From assembly GCA_030265395.1 (NCBI GenBank), contig JARFYF010000001.1:110133632-110197631 (forward strand): 64,000 bases of DNA, written 5' to 3'. The translations under genes and the position numbers were made by a program. Under the pieces are notes generated by a model that saw only the letters and a program-made list of their open reading frames with translations, was not told where the DNA came from and did not search any database. The stretch is from Rhina ancylostomus. Taxonomy: Eukaryota. Positions 1 through 12,718 of the stretch are shown in pieces. Within the stretch, counting starts at the first letter, position 1; each line of letters starts with the position of its first letter.

Positions 1-3000
1 ACATCAATGCAATTATGATAGCATCAACCAGACAGCTGTTCTACTCCAATAAAGCTAAAGCTAAATGATAAAACTGAATGATACTTCCCTAAAATAAGTA
101 AATTTCACATGAACCAACATAATTTGTGAAAGTGTTTATGTAAATTAGCTTGCTTGAAATTTGCAAGTTTCTGTGTCTAGCTTGTTAAAGTAAATTGAAG
201 CATAAAACATTCATTTTAAATCATAGAAATGAAAAATCACAGATTAAGATGTTTCAGATTAAGGGATGGTGCAATGTTTTATGTGTGAACTAATTATCAC
301 TATATGACCATTTAATGAATAATATGGCACTCCCAGCCCAATTAAGCTGATGTAACAGCATTTAGCTTATTTTCCCATTTGAAAAAGCCAAGAAGAGATC
401 ATTGTTAAGGACCATCTTGTGTTTGCTGGATGAAGTCCCAATTACTTCTTGCTGTTTTATATGTGTATTACTGTTGCTATGGAGCTCACTAAAACTAGTT
501 AAGCTGCATATAGCTCTCTGCTTGGAGTGAATGTTGTACAGTTCATGGAGTATGGCAGTTTGTGACTTTCATTACTTAGTTTAGAACAGAAGAATCAAGC
601 AGTGTCAGCAATCCACCTGATTACATTCCAAGTCTCCATTATTGGACTTGGTATTAGTCACTTCATTTTCCACATTTCTTCATGTAGCTCAAGCCAGATG
701 TTTTCGAAAGGCATATTGAATTGTTTCCATTAGGTCTATTCCAAGCTGCACCGAGTAGCTTAATAAAGGGGCTACCGTCCTGAAAGCAGGTGGAGGGGGT
801 CAAGTAAATAGAGCCCATATGATTTTACACATAACCAAAATAAAAAAGGTTTTCTTTTCTCTCTTGGTGTGAATCCAGTTATTACAAATGTGACCACTCA
901 ACAAAAATAATCACTAGCATGCTGATTAATTTTATAGTTTGTGCAACTATTAAAAGCCTATATTTTGCATTAAAAAAAAGAACTGTTTGTAAAACTCCTT
1001 GGCACCAGCAACACTAGTCAATATAATCTGTAATGCTGCCTGTATCAACAATATCTATTAGAATAAAAATCTAATATTTAAATGAATTCTCCATAATTCC
1101 CTACTTCCGGCCTCATGTTACATTTGAGATTTTTTTTTGAATTACGATGTGGACAACTAACCATAGGTGCGACAAAAAAAAGCTACATCACAAGCTTATG
1201 GTACACAGGGGATAAGTAAACTCTACTGCCAAGAAGGAAGCACTGGATAATATAAACTTTATGGAACATGTGATATCAGNNNNNNNNNNNNNNNNNNNNN
1301 NNNNNNNNNNNNNNNNNNNNNNNNNNNNNNNNNNNNNNNNNNNNNNNNNNNNNNNNNNNNNNNNNNNNNNNNNNNNNNNNNNNNNNNNNNNNNNNNNNNN
1401 NNNNNNNNNNNNNNNNNNNNNNNNNNNNTTTTAGGTATTTGTATCATTTAAGATTTTAATTAGTGCAAAACTGATAAAAACAGCTGGATCTATAATTGTC
1501 ATTTCAAAACAGTGGGTTTCTTGGACAAGGTCAAGTTATTAGAATGCTTATTTACACCCCCAGGACCTTTTTGTTCCATTGGGGGTGTCTATCACTTGCC
1601 ATTAAGTGTACATGTTTAGAAATTGCATGCAGAGTATCAGCAGTCTTGTCTGAGATTCCCCACTATCCCAGCCAAGCTAGTACTGCCCATGCATTTTCTT
1701 CATCATTTCAGTGAGTTCTGTATGTGAGCCAGCACATTCTTAAGCAAATGATCCAGTAAGCATGGTTACTGGCTCCTGAGCACAGGCTGTCTGAGTGTCA
1801 GCTCTTACTACTTAGCGGGAGTTTTTGAGTAACTAAAAGCACAAGTTCAGGTTATCAGTTTGATCAGAGTTGTTGGGGTAAATTGCAGTTTTATTTAGGT
1901 AGCTGATGCATTCAAGAAGGAAGCCATGTTCTTTAAATCTTCGGACTGGAATTGTTGACGCCTCAGGTACTCTGGCTTTACAATGAATGACTGCTGTGTT
2001 GACTTTGTCTAATTATAGGGGAGTGGCAACAGAAGCAATGATGGGCAGCGTCACACTTGGTGGGATAGTTGAGAAAGTCTGCCACAGCCATGGAGAGCGA
2101 GACAAGACAGACCAATGACTGACACAAAAATGGCTCTTCACTTGGCAAAAAATGTAGACAAATTGGCAGTGTTGCATGATGTTGCTTTACTTTTAACTGG
2201 GACTTTGACTGATGAAACAATTGCCAAAATGTCTGTCAGATTTAAACGGTTGATATACAGTGCCTGTTGACATAAGTGGCAGAAGTGAAAGATAAATGTA
2301 ATGGCAATGATTCTAAGATAACAACCGATAATAATTAATGAGTAAAATCTCACTACAATAAAAGCAATCCGTTGACAGGTAAATTTATTTATATCCAAAA
2401 TTACTATCCAGAAGTGAGTATTTTAAAAAAATATGAAAAAAGTTAAATTGAAAGAGTAAAGGAACACAATACGTAGAGAGATATATCTGTGCCTTTAAGC
2501 ACATGTTGACTGGCACCGCAGCAACAATCTAAGATTATAGAAATGTTCTTAGAGTAGAGTCAATCTGCGTCAATGAACAATGTAGGTCCAATCTGACCAT
2601 GCCCAAGATCACGTAAAATGCAGTATCAATCTGCAACTACATATAGTGTAGGATCTATCAGTGAAAATGAACAACATAGGACCAATCGCTGGCCATGCAC
2701 CGTGTGGAATCAGTCTGCCGCTATGTACAGTGTGGGATCAACCTGCCACTCATAAGACTCAGGTTTAGTCTGTGATAATGAATGCTGCAGGATAAATCTA
2801 TCACTATGTGCAGTGCAGGATCAATCTGTGACTATGAGTATTATAGATCAGTCTCTGAATGTACATCATGTAGGATCAATCTGTGACTATAAATAGTGTT
2901 GGACCAATCTGCAACTTTAAACATAGAATCAATCAACAACTACGTGTGGTATAGGATTAACCTGTGACCATGCATATGGTAGAATCAATCTTTTGCTATG

Positions 3001-3589
3001 AACAGTGTAGTATCAAACAGCAAGTATAAATCTGTAACAAAAATAGCAAACAACAAAGCAGAACTATCTTTTGGTGTAAGATCAATCTGTGCCCATGAAT
3101 AGTGTAAGATCAATCAGTGGCTGTGAACTATGTAGGATGAATCTGCAGCAATTAACAGTGTAATATCATTCTGGGACTATGTACAGTGCAGAATTCATAT
3201 GTGACTATGATTCAGGAATGACAGTGATGGAGTATAATGTAGAATCAATCTGTGATGATTTGCATTGTAGGCTCAATTTGTGAGTATATTTGTGACTACG
3301 TGCAGCATAGGATAAGTTTGTGAGTATGAGCACTGTATGACCATGCAGAGTCTAAGATCATAAACAAGTGCAGTGTCAGACCNNNNNNNNNNCATGAATA
3401 CTGCTGGGCCAAATCAGAGCTGTATACAGTCATTAATCAATTTATTACAATGAGTACAGTAGGATTAGTCTGTAACTTTGTCCAGTGTAAGATCAATCCA
3501 TGAGAATGAACTCAGTAGAATTAATCCCTACCAACATACAATGTGGGATCAACCAGCAACTGTGAACATTGCTTCAATCTTGACACTGT

Positions 3590-4412
3590 GCAATTCCTAG
3601 TGGAGTGCCACAGGGACCAGTTCTGGGGCCTTAGATATTTATAATCTATATTAATGACTTGGATGACGGTTCCAACTGCCCTGTACCCATATTTGTCAAT
3701 GATACAAAGATATGAGGGTCAGCAAATTGTGAGGAGATACAAAGAGTATGCAAAGGGATACGAAGTGAGTGGAGAAGTTGACAGAAGGAGAATAATGTGG
3801 AAAAATGTGAGGTTATCCACTTCGGAAGGAAGAATGAAAAAGCAAATTATTATTTTGTGATACTATAAAATATTACAGTACAAAGAATTCTGGGGAGTAT
3901 ACTCTCATTGGAGGTACAGAGATGGCTCCCTATGGACATTGTTGGTATGAAGGGGTTGATGTATGGGAAGAGGCCAAACAGGTTGGGCCTGCAGTAATTT
4001 TACTTCAGAAGAATGAGAGGCAATCTTATTGAAACAATTCAGATTTTGAGAAGGATTGACAGAGTGGATGCTGAGAGAATGTTTCACGCAGCGGGTGTGG
4101 CTAGAACTACAGAATATAGTTAAAGAATCAAGGGTAGTCCACTAAGATAGAGATGAGAAGGAATTTCTTCTCTCAAATGACAGCAACTCTTTGGATTTCT
4201 TTACCCCAGAAAGATGTGGAAATGGAGTCATTGAATATATTCAGAGTGAAGAGTGACGGAAATTTGAATTGCAAGGGACTCAGCGATATGAGGAGGAAGC
4301 TGGAATTGGTGTTGGAGCCAAGACTGGCTCAGCCATGATCTTACTGGATGGTGGAGCAGGCACAAGGATCCAATAGGCCTACTCCTGCTCCTGTTTCTTA
4401 TATTCCTATGTT
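3590..4412 (+). mobile_element. CR1-clade LINE 3' fragment (degenerate RT plus 3' end)
   Basis: agtggagtgccacagggaccagttctggggcc encodes an SGVPQGxVLGP-like RT motif; ends in cagccatgatc...ggcctactcctgctcctgtttcttatattcctatgttc, a CR1-type 3' end. Confidence 0.8.
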
Positions 4413-4519
4413 CATTGTAGGATCCATCTGTGGATATGAATATTTTATCATTAAGATGAGATAATGAGCAACATTGGATCAATCTGTGACAATGAATGGT
4501 ACAGAATGAGTCTATGTTT

Positions 4520-5010
4520 GTGTCAAGCCTGCTCTGCCAATTAACACGAAGATGTCTGAGCTTCCACCACAACATCCTTTACCTACCCTATCCCAATATC
4601 CCTTGATTGCAAGAATATCCAAAAATGTGGCAATCTCTGTTCTGAATGAAACCATTTAACAAGCCTCCACAACCCTCAAGAGTGGAGAATTCCAAAGATC
4701 CACCACCCTATGAGTGAAGAAACTTCTCCTCGTTTCTGTACTAATTGGCCTCGCCTTTATTTTGAGATTGTAATCTTTAGTTCTTGACTCATCAACCTGG
4801 GAAAACATCCTTCCTGTATAAACCCTTTCAAGACCTTTCATTGTGGTCATCTCTCATTCTTTTAAACCCTAAAGAACAGAGGCCTAGCTTACTCAATTCC
4901 TCTTCATATGACAGACCTACTATCCCTGGAACCAGTCTAGTGAATCTTCACTGCACTCCATCCATAGCAAGTATATTTTTGTTCAGGTCAGGAGATTTGA
5001 ATTGTATAGT
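4520..5010 (-). mobile_element. CR1-clade LINE fragment
   Basis: Minus ORF 4656-4850 (MKGLERVYTGRMF...RRSFFTHRVVDLWNS) matches the CR1 ORF2 C-terminal pattern. Confidence 0.75.
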
Positions 5011-6829
5011 ACATCAGGGGAGGCCCAATATATCAATCTGTGACTATGACTGCTCCAGGATTAAGCTATGAGAAGAGTACCATGGCTATAGGCATTCCAG
5101 GATCAATGAATACTCTAACATCAATCTGTGACTGAATACTACAGAATAAATATATGACAATGTGTAGTTTGGGGTCAATCTGCCACTGCACGTCAATTCC
5201 AGCCCCTCTGTTACAATGAATTCTGTACATTATAAGATGTGATCTGTGTACAGTGTGAGATCAATGTAACCATCAATACTGAAGGATCAACTTATGACAA
5301 TGTACAGTGCAGGATCAATCCATGACCATAAATACAGTAGGACCAATGTTTGAGATCTGGAATCAGCCTGTGTCTGTGTATAAATTAGGGTCATTCTGCA
5401 ATAATGAAAACTTTAGGAATAATTCAAGATCAATCCATGATGGTACAGTGCTATATCAAGCAGTCTCTGAATACTTTAAGGGTCTGTGACTATGAATATT
5501 GTAGGGTTAAGAGGTAACTATATATATAGTACAGGACCAATTAGCAGTTATGTATTCTGTGGTATCAATCTGTAATTACATATAATGTAGAATCAACCTC
5601 TGACTGTGAATACTGTAGGAGTAATTTATGACCATGTTCAGTATGGAATTAATCTGTAGCTTTGTACTCAAGAGGATCTATCTGTGAAAATGTACATGGT
5701 AAGATTTATCAATGATTATGTGTAAAATCAATCTGCCACTCTTGAAGAATACTGCAAGGTCAATCTGAATATGAATGTGCTAGGATGAGTTTGCGATTAT
5801 TAATACTGTCCATCTGTGACTATACACAGATTAGGTTCAGTTTGCTACTATGGATAATCTAGGGTCAATCTGTGACCATGAAAACTGTAGGATAGATCTA
5901 AGACTACTAATGCATGGGATCAATCTGTAACTATGCACAGTATCAGTTCATTCTGTGACTATGAACTGTATAAAATATGTCTGTGAACCAGACTATGCTA
6001 TGATCAATGTGTGAGTATTTGTAGTTTGTGATCAATCTGTCACTATGAAGACAGTGAGATCAATCTGTCACTCTGTCTACGTATAGTGCAGGATCAATCT
6101 ATGACTACAAATAGCATAGGATCAGTGAAATGTGACATCAATCTGTGACCATATACAGTGCAGTATGAGTCCTTAGCTATGACTATTCTGGGATTATTGT
6201 GATAAAAAGCAGTGTGTTATCAACCTCTGACCATGTACAGTATGGAGTCAATCCGTGACAGCACAGTCTAGGATCAGTTTGCGACTTTGTTCAATGCAGG
6301 GTCGAACTGTGACAATGAATTCTGTAGAATTAAACATGCACTGTGAACAGTATAATTTCAACCTGTGAAAATAAGCGGTGCAAGATCAATTGTTGACTTA
6401 ATAAAGTACAGGATGATTCTGTGACTATGTATACCTTAAGATCCACCTGAAGCTATGGATATTGTCAGACTAATCTGTGACTATGTCCAGTGTAGGATCA
6501 ATTTGTGACCAGATCAATTAGTCAATATGTACAGTTTAGAATCAAACTGCGACCATGTGCAGTGTCAGATCATCTTTTGTCAATGTGCATTGTGAGATCA
6601 AGCTGTATTTATGAACAGCATTAGTTCAATCCAAGTAATGGACATTATTGTAGCTAGGAGTAACACAGCATCAATTTATGACTATAAATAGTGTTGGGTC
6701 AACCTATATAAACTGGAGTGCCATCCTGATTCTATATAGAGTGTTAAAGTAGCCTGTGAATAGGAACAAAGTAGGATTAATCTGTGGCTGTGCTCATCCC
6801 AAATCAATCTGTAATAATGAACACCATCA

Positions 6830-8000
6830 AAGGAACATGGAAACATAGAAAACAGAAGCAGGGGTAGACCATTTGGCTCTTTCAGCTGTTCTGTCATTAA
6901 ATATCATCAGGATATTGGAGGAACAGAGGGACCTTGGGGTCCAAGACCATAGATCCCTCAAAATTGCCACGCAAGCTGATAGGGTTGTTAAGAAAGCACA
7001 GGGTGTGTTGTCCTTCATTAGTCAGGGGATTGAGTTCCAGAGCCATGAGGTAATGTTGCAGCTCTATAAAATCCTGACTGGAACATACTTAGAGTATTGT
7101 GTTCAGTTCTGGTCACCTTATTATATGTGGAAGCTTTAGAAAGGGTCCAGAGGAGATATACCAGGATGCCAGCTGGATTGGAGAGCATGTCTTATGAGGA
7201 TAGGTTGAGTGAGCTAGGGCTTTTCTCTTTGGCATGCAAGGCAACCTGATAGAGGTGTACAAGATGATAAGAGGCATAGATCGAGTGGACAACCAGACTT
7301 TTTCCCATGGTGGAAATGGTTAACATGAGGGGGCATAATTTTAAGGTGATTGAAGGAAAGTACAGGGGGGGATATCAGAGGTAAGTTATTTTACACTGAG
7401 AGTGGTGGGTGTGTGGAATGCACTGCCAGCAGTGGTTGTGGAGGCAGATACATTAGGAACATTTAAGATACTCTTAGAAAGGCACATGGATGATAGAAAA
7501 ATGGAGGGGCAGGGAGGAGGTAATGGTTGATCTTAGAGTAGGTTAAAACATCGGCACAATATTGTGGGTCAAAGGGCCTGTGCTGTGCTGTAACGTTCTA
7601 TGTTCTATCATGGCTGATCCTCTATCTTAATACCTTATTACCAGTCTTTCCCAATACCTCTTGATGCTTTTGCTTTGATCTATCGACTTCATTCATAAGT
7701 GTATTCATCAACTTGGCCTCCACTGTTCTCTGTTCTCCTCATCTTAGTCCTAAATGTCTTGGAGATGGAGCCCTTCATTCTGGACTCCCAGCCAATGAAA
7801 TATCCTCCCTTCATCCAGTCCATCTCGCCCAGTCAGAACTCTATATGTTTCAATGAGATCTCCTCTCTATCTTCTAAACTCTAGTGAATCCAATCTCATT
7901 CATACAATAGTCTTGCCATCCCAGAGATCATTCTGGAGAACATTTGATGTACTCCTTCAATGATGTTTACCCTTTCTTAGTTTAGGAGACTAAAACTGTC
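6830..8000 (-). mobile_element. CR1-clade LINE fragment split by a second CR1 insertion
   Basis: Reverse 3' tail (aacatagaaaacagaagcaggggtagaccatttggc) at ~6830-6907; the element resumes at ~7606 (tatcatggctgatcc...) and runs to ~8000. Confidence 0.7.
6908..7605 (+). mobile_element. 5'-truncated CR1-clade LINE with a probable 6-bp TSD (TATCAT)
   Basis: ORF 6873-7139 (EQRDLGV...LEYCVQFWSPY) is CR1 ORF2-like; 3' end aagggcctgtgctgtgctgtaacgttctatgttc; TATCAT at 6902-6907 and 7606-7611. Confidence 0.85.
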
Positions 8001-8249
8001 AACAATCTGTGATGATATACAATGTAGGGTCTTCTTGTTATTATGAATATACTAGGATCAATCTTTAACAACAATTAGCATAGGATCTAACTAAGGCAAT
8101 ATTCAGTGTATAATTGATCTGTGACTGTGTATAGTGTTGCATCAATCTTTGACCTTCAAAACTTAGATCAATCTGCAACTTTAAGTAGTGTAAGAACAAT
8201 GTGTGGACCAGAACACTCAATAATCTGTCAATGTCTGGTCATTTCTGTG

Positions 8250-8880
8250 ACTCTGCACATTTCTTCTGGGTAAAAAGTATTGCTATGGAGACCCACATGG
8301 ATCCTATCATGGGTGCTCAATTCCTTTCCCTCTCATCTTTTTCCACTTTGACTCTGTCAATCGCATTTCCTACCGTTGACCTGAACTGGAAAATCTTGTT
8401 GCCAGTTTTAACTCATTATTCATCATTTGATGATCCATCCTCATCTCAACCCTTTCTTGACCTCTATCTCCATCTCTGGGATTGTCCACTGATTCCCAAA
8501 TCCATCTTATTTAGCTTCCTCCCACTGTGATCCCTGTGCTCTACTGCATCTGTTCTGGTGTTGCTAGCTTCTACACCAGCATTTTTTATGTGGTTTCCTT
8601 GTTCCTCAGTCAAGGATCTGCCAACATCATAGTCAACCATATCTACTCCATTTTCTACATCATTGCTCCCTTCCATCTCAAAACAACAGTAGGGTACCTT
8701 ATCTGCTCACCTTCAATCTAACAGATTTTTCATTCAGTGGATATTCATTACCAATTTTATCATCTCTAGGTACTACCAAACCTCTTTCCTGCAGAGATGT
8801 TGCCGGATTTGCTAAGCAGTTGCAGCATTGTCAACACTCTTTCTATTTACAATGTCTGTATATTTTGCTTCAGTTCAGCA
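8250..8880 (+). mobile_element. Highly degenerate Penelope-like retroelement fragment
   Basis: ORF 8201-8530 contains VKSIAMETHMDP, resembling the Penelope RT motif KGVAMGxxMGP; ends with the gatgctgcc..cctgctgag-type terminal motif at ~8793-8830. Confidence 0.5.
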
Positions 8881-9280
8881 CTTTGCAGTTGTGCAGTGTC
8901 TGTAATGATGAGGTAATCGCTTAATGTTGTTGTTGTTATTGTACATTGTTCATGTTATGAAACCATATACCAATTCTGATATTTTATTGTAGGTTTGCAA
9001 TTACAAGGTGATTATGTAATACTGCATTGTAATATTTGATTTAGGGTTGTGAAGCAGTTCTCTAAACTGTATCTAGAATGATGGAGAAGTGTCCTAAACT
9101 AAGTCTAGAATAATGAAATAATGCTGTTAGCTTGTAAAATATATATAGAATGATACTCAAATGGCTCGACATCCACTACATTAAGATTTATGAGGCAGTT
9201 TTACAGATCTATTGTGTGCTTCAGTGTTTAGGCAATGTAGCAATGTTCTAACACTATGTTGTCTTGTACTGTGAGTCTAG

Positions 9281-9334
9281 GGTGACGAGGGCATTCCAGG
9301 AATACCAGGAGAACCGGGTTTTCCTGGTGATAAG
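9281..9334 (+). CDS. Collagen triple-helix exon GDEGIPGIPGEPGFPGDK (COL24A1/COL27A1-like)
   Basis: 54 nt, six perfect Gly-X-Y triplets, phase 0, flanked by tctag| and |gtgagt. Confidence 0.92.
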
Positions 9335-10099
9335 GTGAGTTTGTCAATGGTTTGGTAATGAGTTTCAATTTGATTAATTCAACCTATTTAATCCCCAGTT
9401 TATATCTGGTACTTAAAAAGCAAGCATTGATTTCAGTATAGGGTTTATACTGGTGTTAGTAGAACCTCTTTTTCATTAAGTATTTCCATCTTTTAGGTAC
9501 AGTACTTTCCTGTGCAAGTAAACTGTAGTGCCTTTTTTAAATGCCAGAATAATTCATCCCAAATACAAAGAAAATTGTGACCAAGTTTATTTCTAAATTT
9601 CTTTCCTTTAAAAATTAGTCATGATCTTGATAAATGAACCAAAATGTCAAGATGATAGTCCATATATAAATTCAAAATTCTTTTTTTAAAGTGTTGATGG
9701 TGCACGATTTACAGACACGAATACTGAGTTTCCCTGACACAATGAGGAAGATGCTGTTCGTCACTCAGAAGCTATAAAGAGTCAGGCTGGCAATCAGACA
9801 ATGTTACACAGCAGGCTGAATATTGGTTCTTAGCTATACAATCACTCTGTTCCATTAGGAACTTCAAATATACAAGAAAACCAACAGCTAAGTTTTGAAT
9901 CTGATAAGATAGATTTTGAATTTGTGCAGTGGTGTAAAATATGTGTCACCAAATCAGGAGCCTGTTTTATTTTATTTCAACTGGGCCCTATCCCATGTTT
10001 TACACTGTTGCACAATGTCAAGAACAAGCTGGTTCCATGTATGTTTTTTGTTCTTAGTATAAGGGTAAGAGGGTTCCAGGTGGTGCTGATAATGATATG

Positions 10100-10640
10100 G
10101 GGGTCATCAATAGCTAGGCCACATTTATTTCCCAACCCTAGTTGCCAAGAAAAGATAGAGGTGTCTCTCTTTAAACTGTTGAAGGGCTTGTAGTGAGAGT
10201 GGCATTGGGTAGCAAATCAGTGGCAACAAAGGAACAATAATAAATGTCCAAATCGATATGGTGAATGACTGAGGGAAATTTGGGTTGGTCTCACAACATT
10301 GCTGCTTGTATTCTTCTGTATGGTACTTGTTACAAGAGAAGGAGCTGTGTTGAAAATAACCTTAGTGAGCTGCAGCATTCATCCTCTAGCTTAAAGATGG
10401 GAGGGATGATGCTGAATCCATTGATAGAAACACACATCCATATTAATAAGGACTCTTTGCAGATGGGGGTAAGACTTTGATGGTTCAGAAAGTGAGTCAC
10501 TCATTGTAGGGTGTCCATTCGTCCTTCTGTTCTTATGGCCAAACCACCTCAGCTTCCAGTAACAGCAATGGTTATGTGGAAATCTCCTAGGCTTTCTCTT
10601 GTTTGAGTTGGCACAAATAATACCTGCCAGTTACTACCTT
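10100..10640 (-). mobile_element. Old degenerate LINE 3' fragment
   Basis: Resembles the reverse complement of the old LINE seen at 25.4-25.9 kb and 53.3-54.8 kb; boundaries approximate. Confidence 0.4.
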
Positions 10641-12664
10641 GGTGCTGTACAAAGCAAGAGTTGCTTCACTATTGGAAAAGTTATGGATGTATTTCTGGTT
10701 AAAGTGCTAAGATGGTTTTCATGATTTAGTATTAAATAATGAACAGGCATCACCATTATTAACTTCGAGCGATATTTATGAGCATCGGCCTCAAAGGGTT
10801 TTTCTGATCTTCCAACTTTGATCACGTGCTAGAATTTGTGAATGGGTGTATTGCTGGAATTCATTAATACTACAAGCCGTAACTACTCGTTTATATACCA
10901 CAGTTTCATACACACTATGTCAAAATATTAATAATTCACATAGATTAAGAAATGGTCAGTATTTATCACAAAAGGAGCTGCTTTTTGAATGAATGCCATG
11001 TGGACTCAATTTTTTGTTCAGACTATGAGTTGGATCCAAATTGAAAATGTCCTGCCTGATTATTTTTCTGTACATTATGTTCTTATAAAGAAGTTCTGAT
11101 ATTGATAAATTGATCTGACTTTGCAACTTTCATTTGGAGATGCCAGCTTTTCGTTGTAGTCAGCAAGAAATGTTCCATGAATTCATTTGTTGCAGATAGT
11201 TTATGCTCAATGTCAACCTTATTGTGCAAGTTTGTATATACTAAAAAAGCTTAAAAGTTATTAGCATTTAGGTGCAAGATCAGAAATGACATGTATAGTG
11301 TACAGGAAGGACAAAGATTTGGATTTTGACATGCAGTTTAGCACTTGGCTCTGAGGATACTGAAAATCTGCCTTATCATTCTCATTTGATGAAGGATTGT
11401 TTTAGTATTATGTGATGGCACAGGAAATATTAAAGCAAGCTTTGGATAAAGCTAATCCCAGAAGGCAAGTTATTATTTCAAGATGAATTGTTTTTTGTAA
11501 ATGTGCTGTCATTAATTTACTATATATAGTTACTGTGGGAGTATATCAAAAGCATTTACAAAACAATTTGAAACATTGGAACTTTAGTGAAGAAAACAAA
11601 ATGTACTGAAATTATTAGCGGTACATTTTCATCCCACTGCTTCAAAGGATTTTTTGCAGAGTGTGAATGAAAGATTTAGGTGACCACATGCCTTTAGTTC
11701 CAATAAGAATCCTTAACATGGGAAGTTGCTCTGCAGGAATGCTGAAAATTAAAATTAGCTGCTAGGCTTAAATTAATTTATTGCAGATGGTAAAATATAT
11801 TTTCACACCCAAACCACTAGCATGTGATCCACTCGGAGAATTGCTCCAATTCTGCTCAACATTACTTCTGGTACTTCAATTGTTGATATATTTAAATAAA
11901 TTGACTGCAGAAGGGGCTGTTGTTTGACCTTTTCACCATTTGTTCTCTGAAATCAGAATATTATTAGTTTAGTTTAAAAGAAGATGCAGTTAGACTAAGG
12001 TCCAACTAATAAAGGAAAATATACCTAAGCTTTGTTAATTAAAAGAAGTTCTGCCATTGTTGCTTGCACCAGGTAATTCAAGACACTTGTTTTGCATTTT
12101 ATGTTCTCTGATTGTGTTGAAACATCATTTGTATTCATGAAGCTGCAGAAAATTAAGTTACCTCCATGCTGATAAAACATGAAATCAAAGAGATCACTCA
12201 GATGTTCAGGCCTTCTTCATTTGTTCATGGATTATGACCAGTATGGCTATTCCCATTATCCCTCACTCCCCTGTGAATCAAACAGGCATATTAATATGCC
12301 ACAACTCCCAGACGTGTATCTGATGTTATTGATCCAATTTCTTATCAGTGGTATAATTTGACTCAGGAACAAGTAACAATAATGCATTCTATCCATTCAG
12401 TAACAACTAAAAGATATCTTCTAATTTTTTATCATGTTTGAGCATTGTAAATTTATATTAAAAATGTACCATTTACTGCTGTGATCAGTATTCAGGCAAA
12501 ATTATTTTAATGGTATTTCTTTCTGATTGCAAACTAGCCACTATATTGGAAATTAGTTTTGTGTACTTAATGATTATTGAGCAGAATGCTGCCATTGGTA
12601 GCACAAGTCATTAATGATAACTAAATTACTCTGAATCAGTAAATTTGCTGTTGTATCACTACAG

Positions 12665-12718
12665 GGTAATCCAGGATTACAGGGTTTGCCTGGAATGAGG
12701 GGGAAAATTGGGATAGCT
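12665..12718 (+). CDS. Collagen triple-helix exon GNPGLQGLPGMRGKIGIA
   Basis: 54 nt, six Gly-X-Y triplets, ctacag| acceptor and |gtgagt donor, phase 0. Confidence 0.92.

Larger units (their letters stand above)
2520..8250. repeat. Degenerate 28-bp tandem repeat, consensus ~TGTAGGATCAATCTGTGACTATGTACAG; blocks ~2520-3590, 4413-4520, 5010-6830, 8000-8250, separated by LINE fragments
   Basis: GATCAATCTGTGAC-like core recurs at ~28-nt spacing, e.g. tgtaggatcaatctgtgactataaatag, tataggattaacctgtgaccatgcatat and ggtagaatcaatcttttgctatgaacag near 2870-3006. Confidence 0.85.

Noticed and set aside
2520-8250. CRISPR-like or coding interpretation of the 28-bp repeat
   Set aside because: Units are abutting and degenerate with no unique spacers or cas genes; the period is not a multiple of 3 and there is no long ORF.
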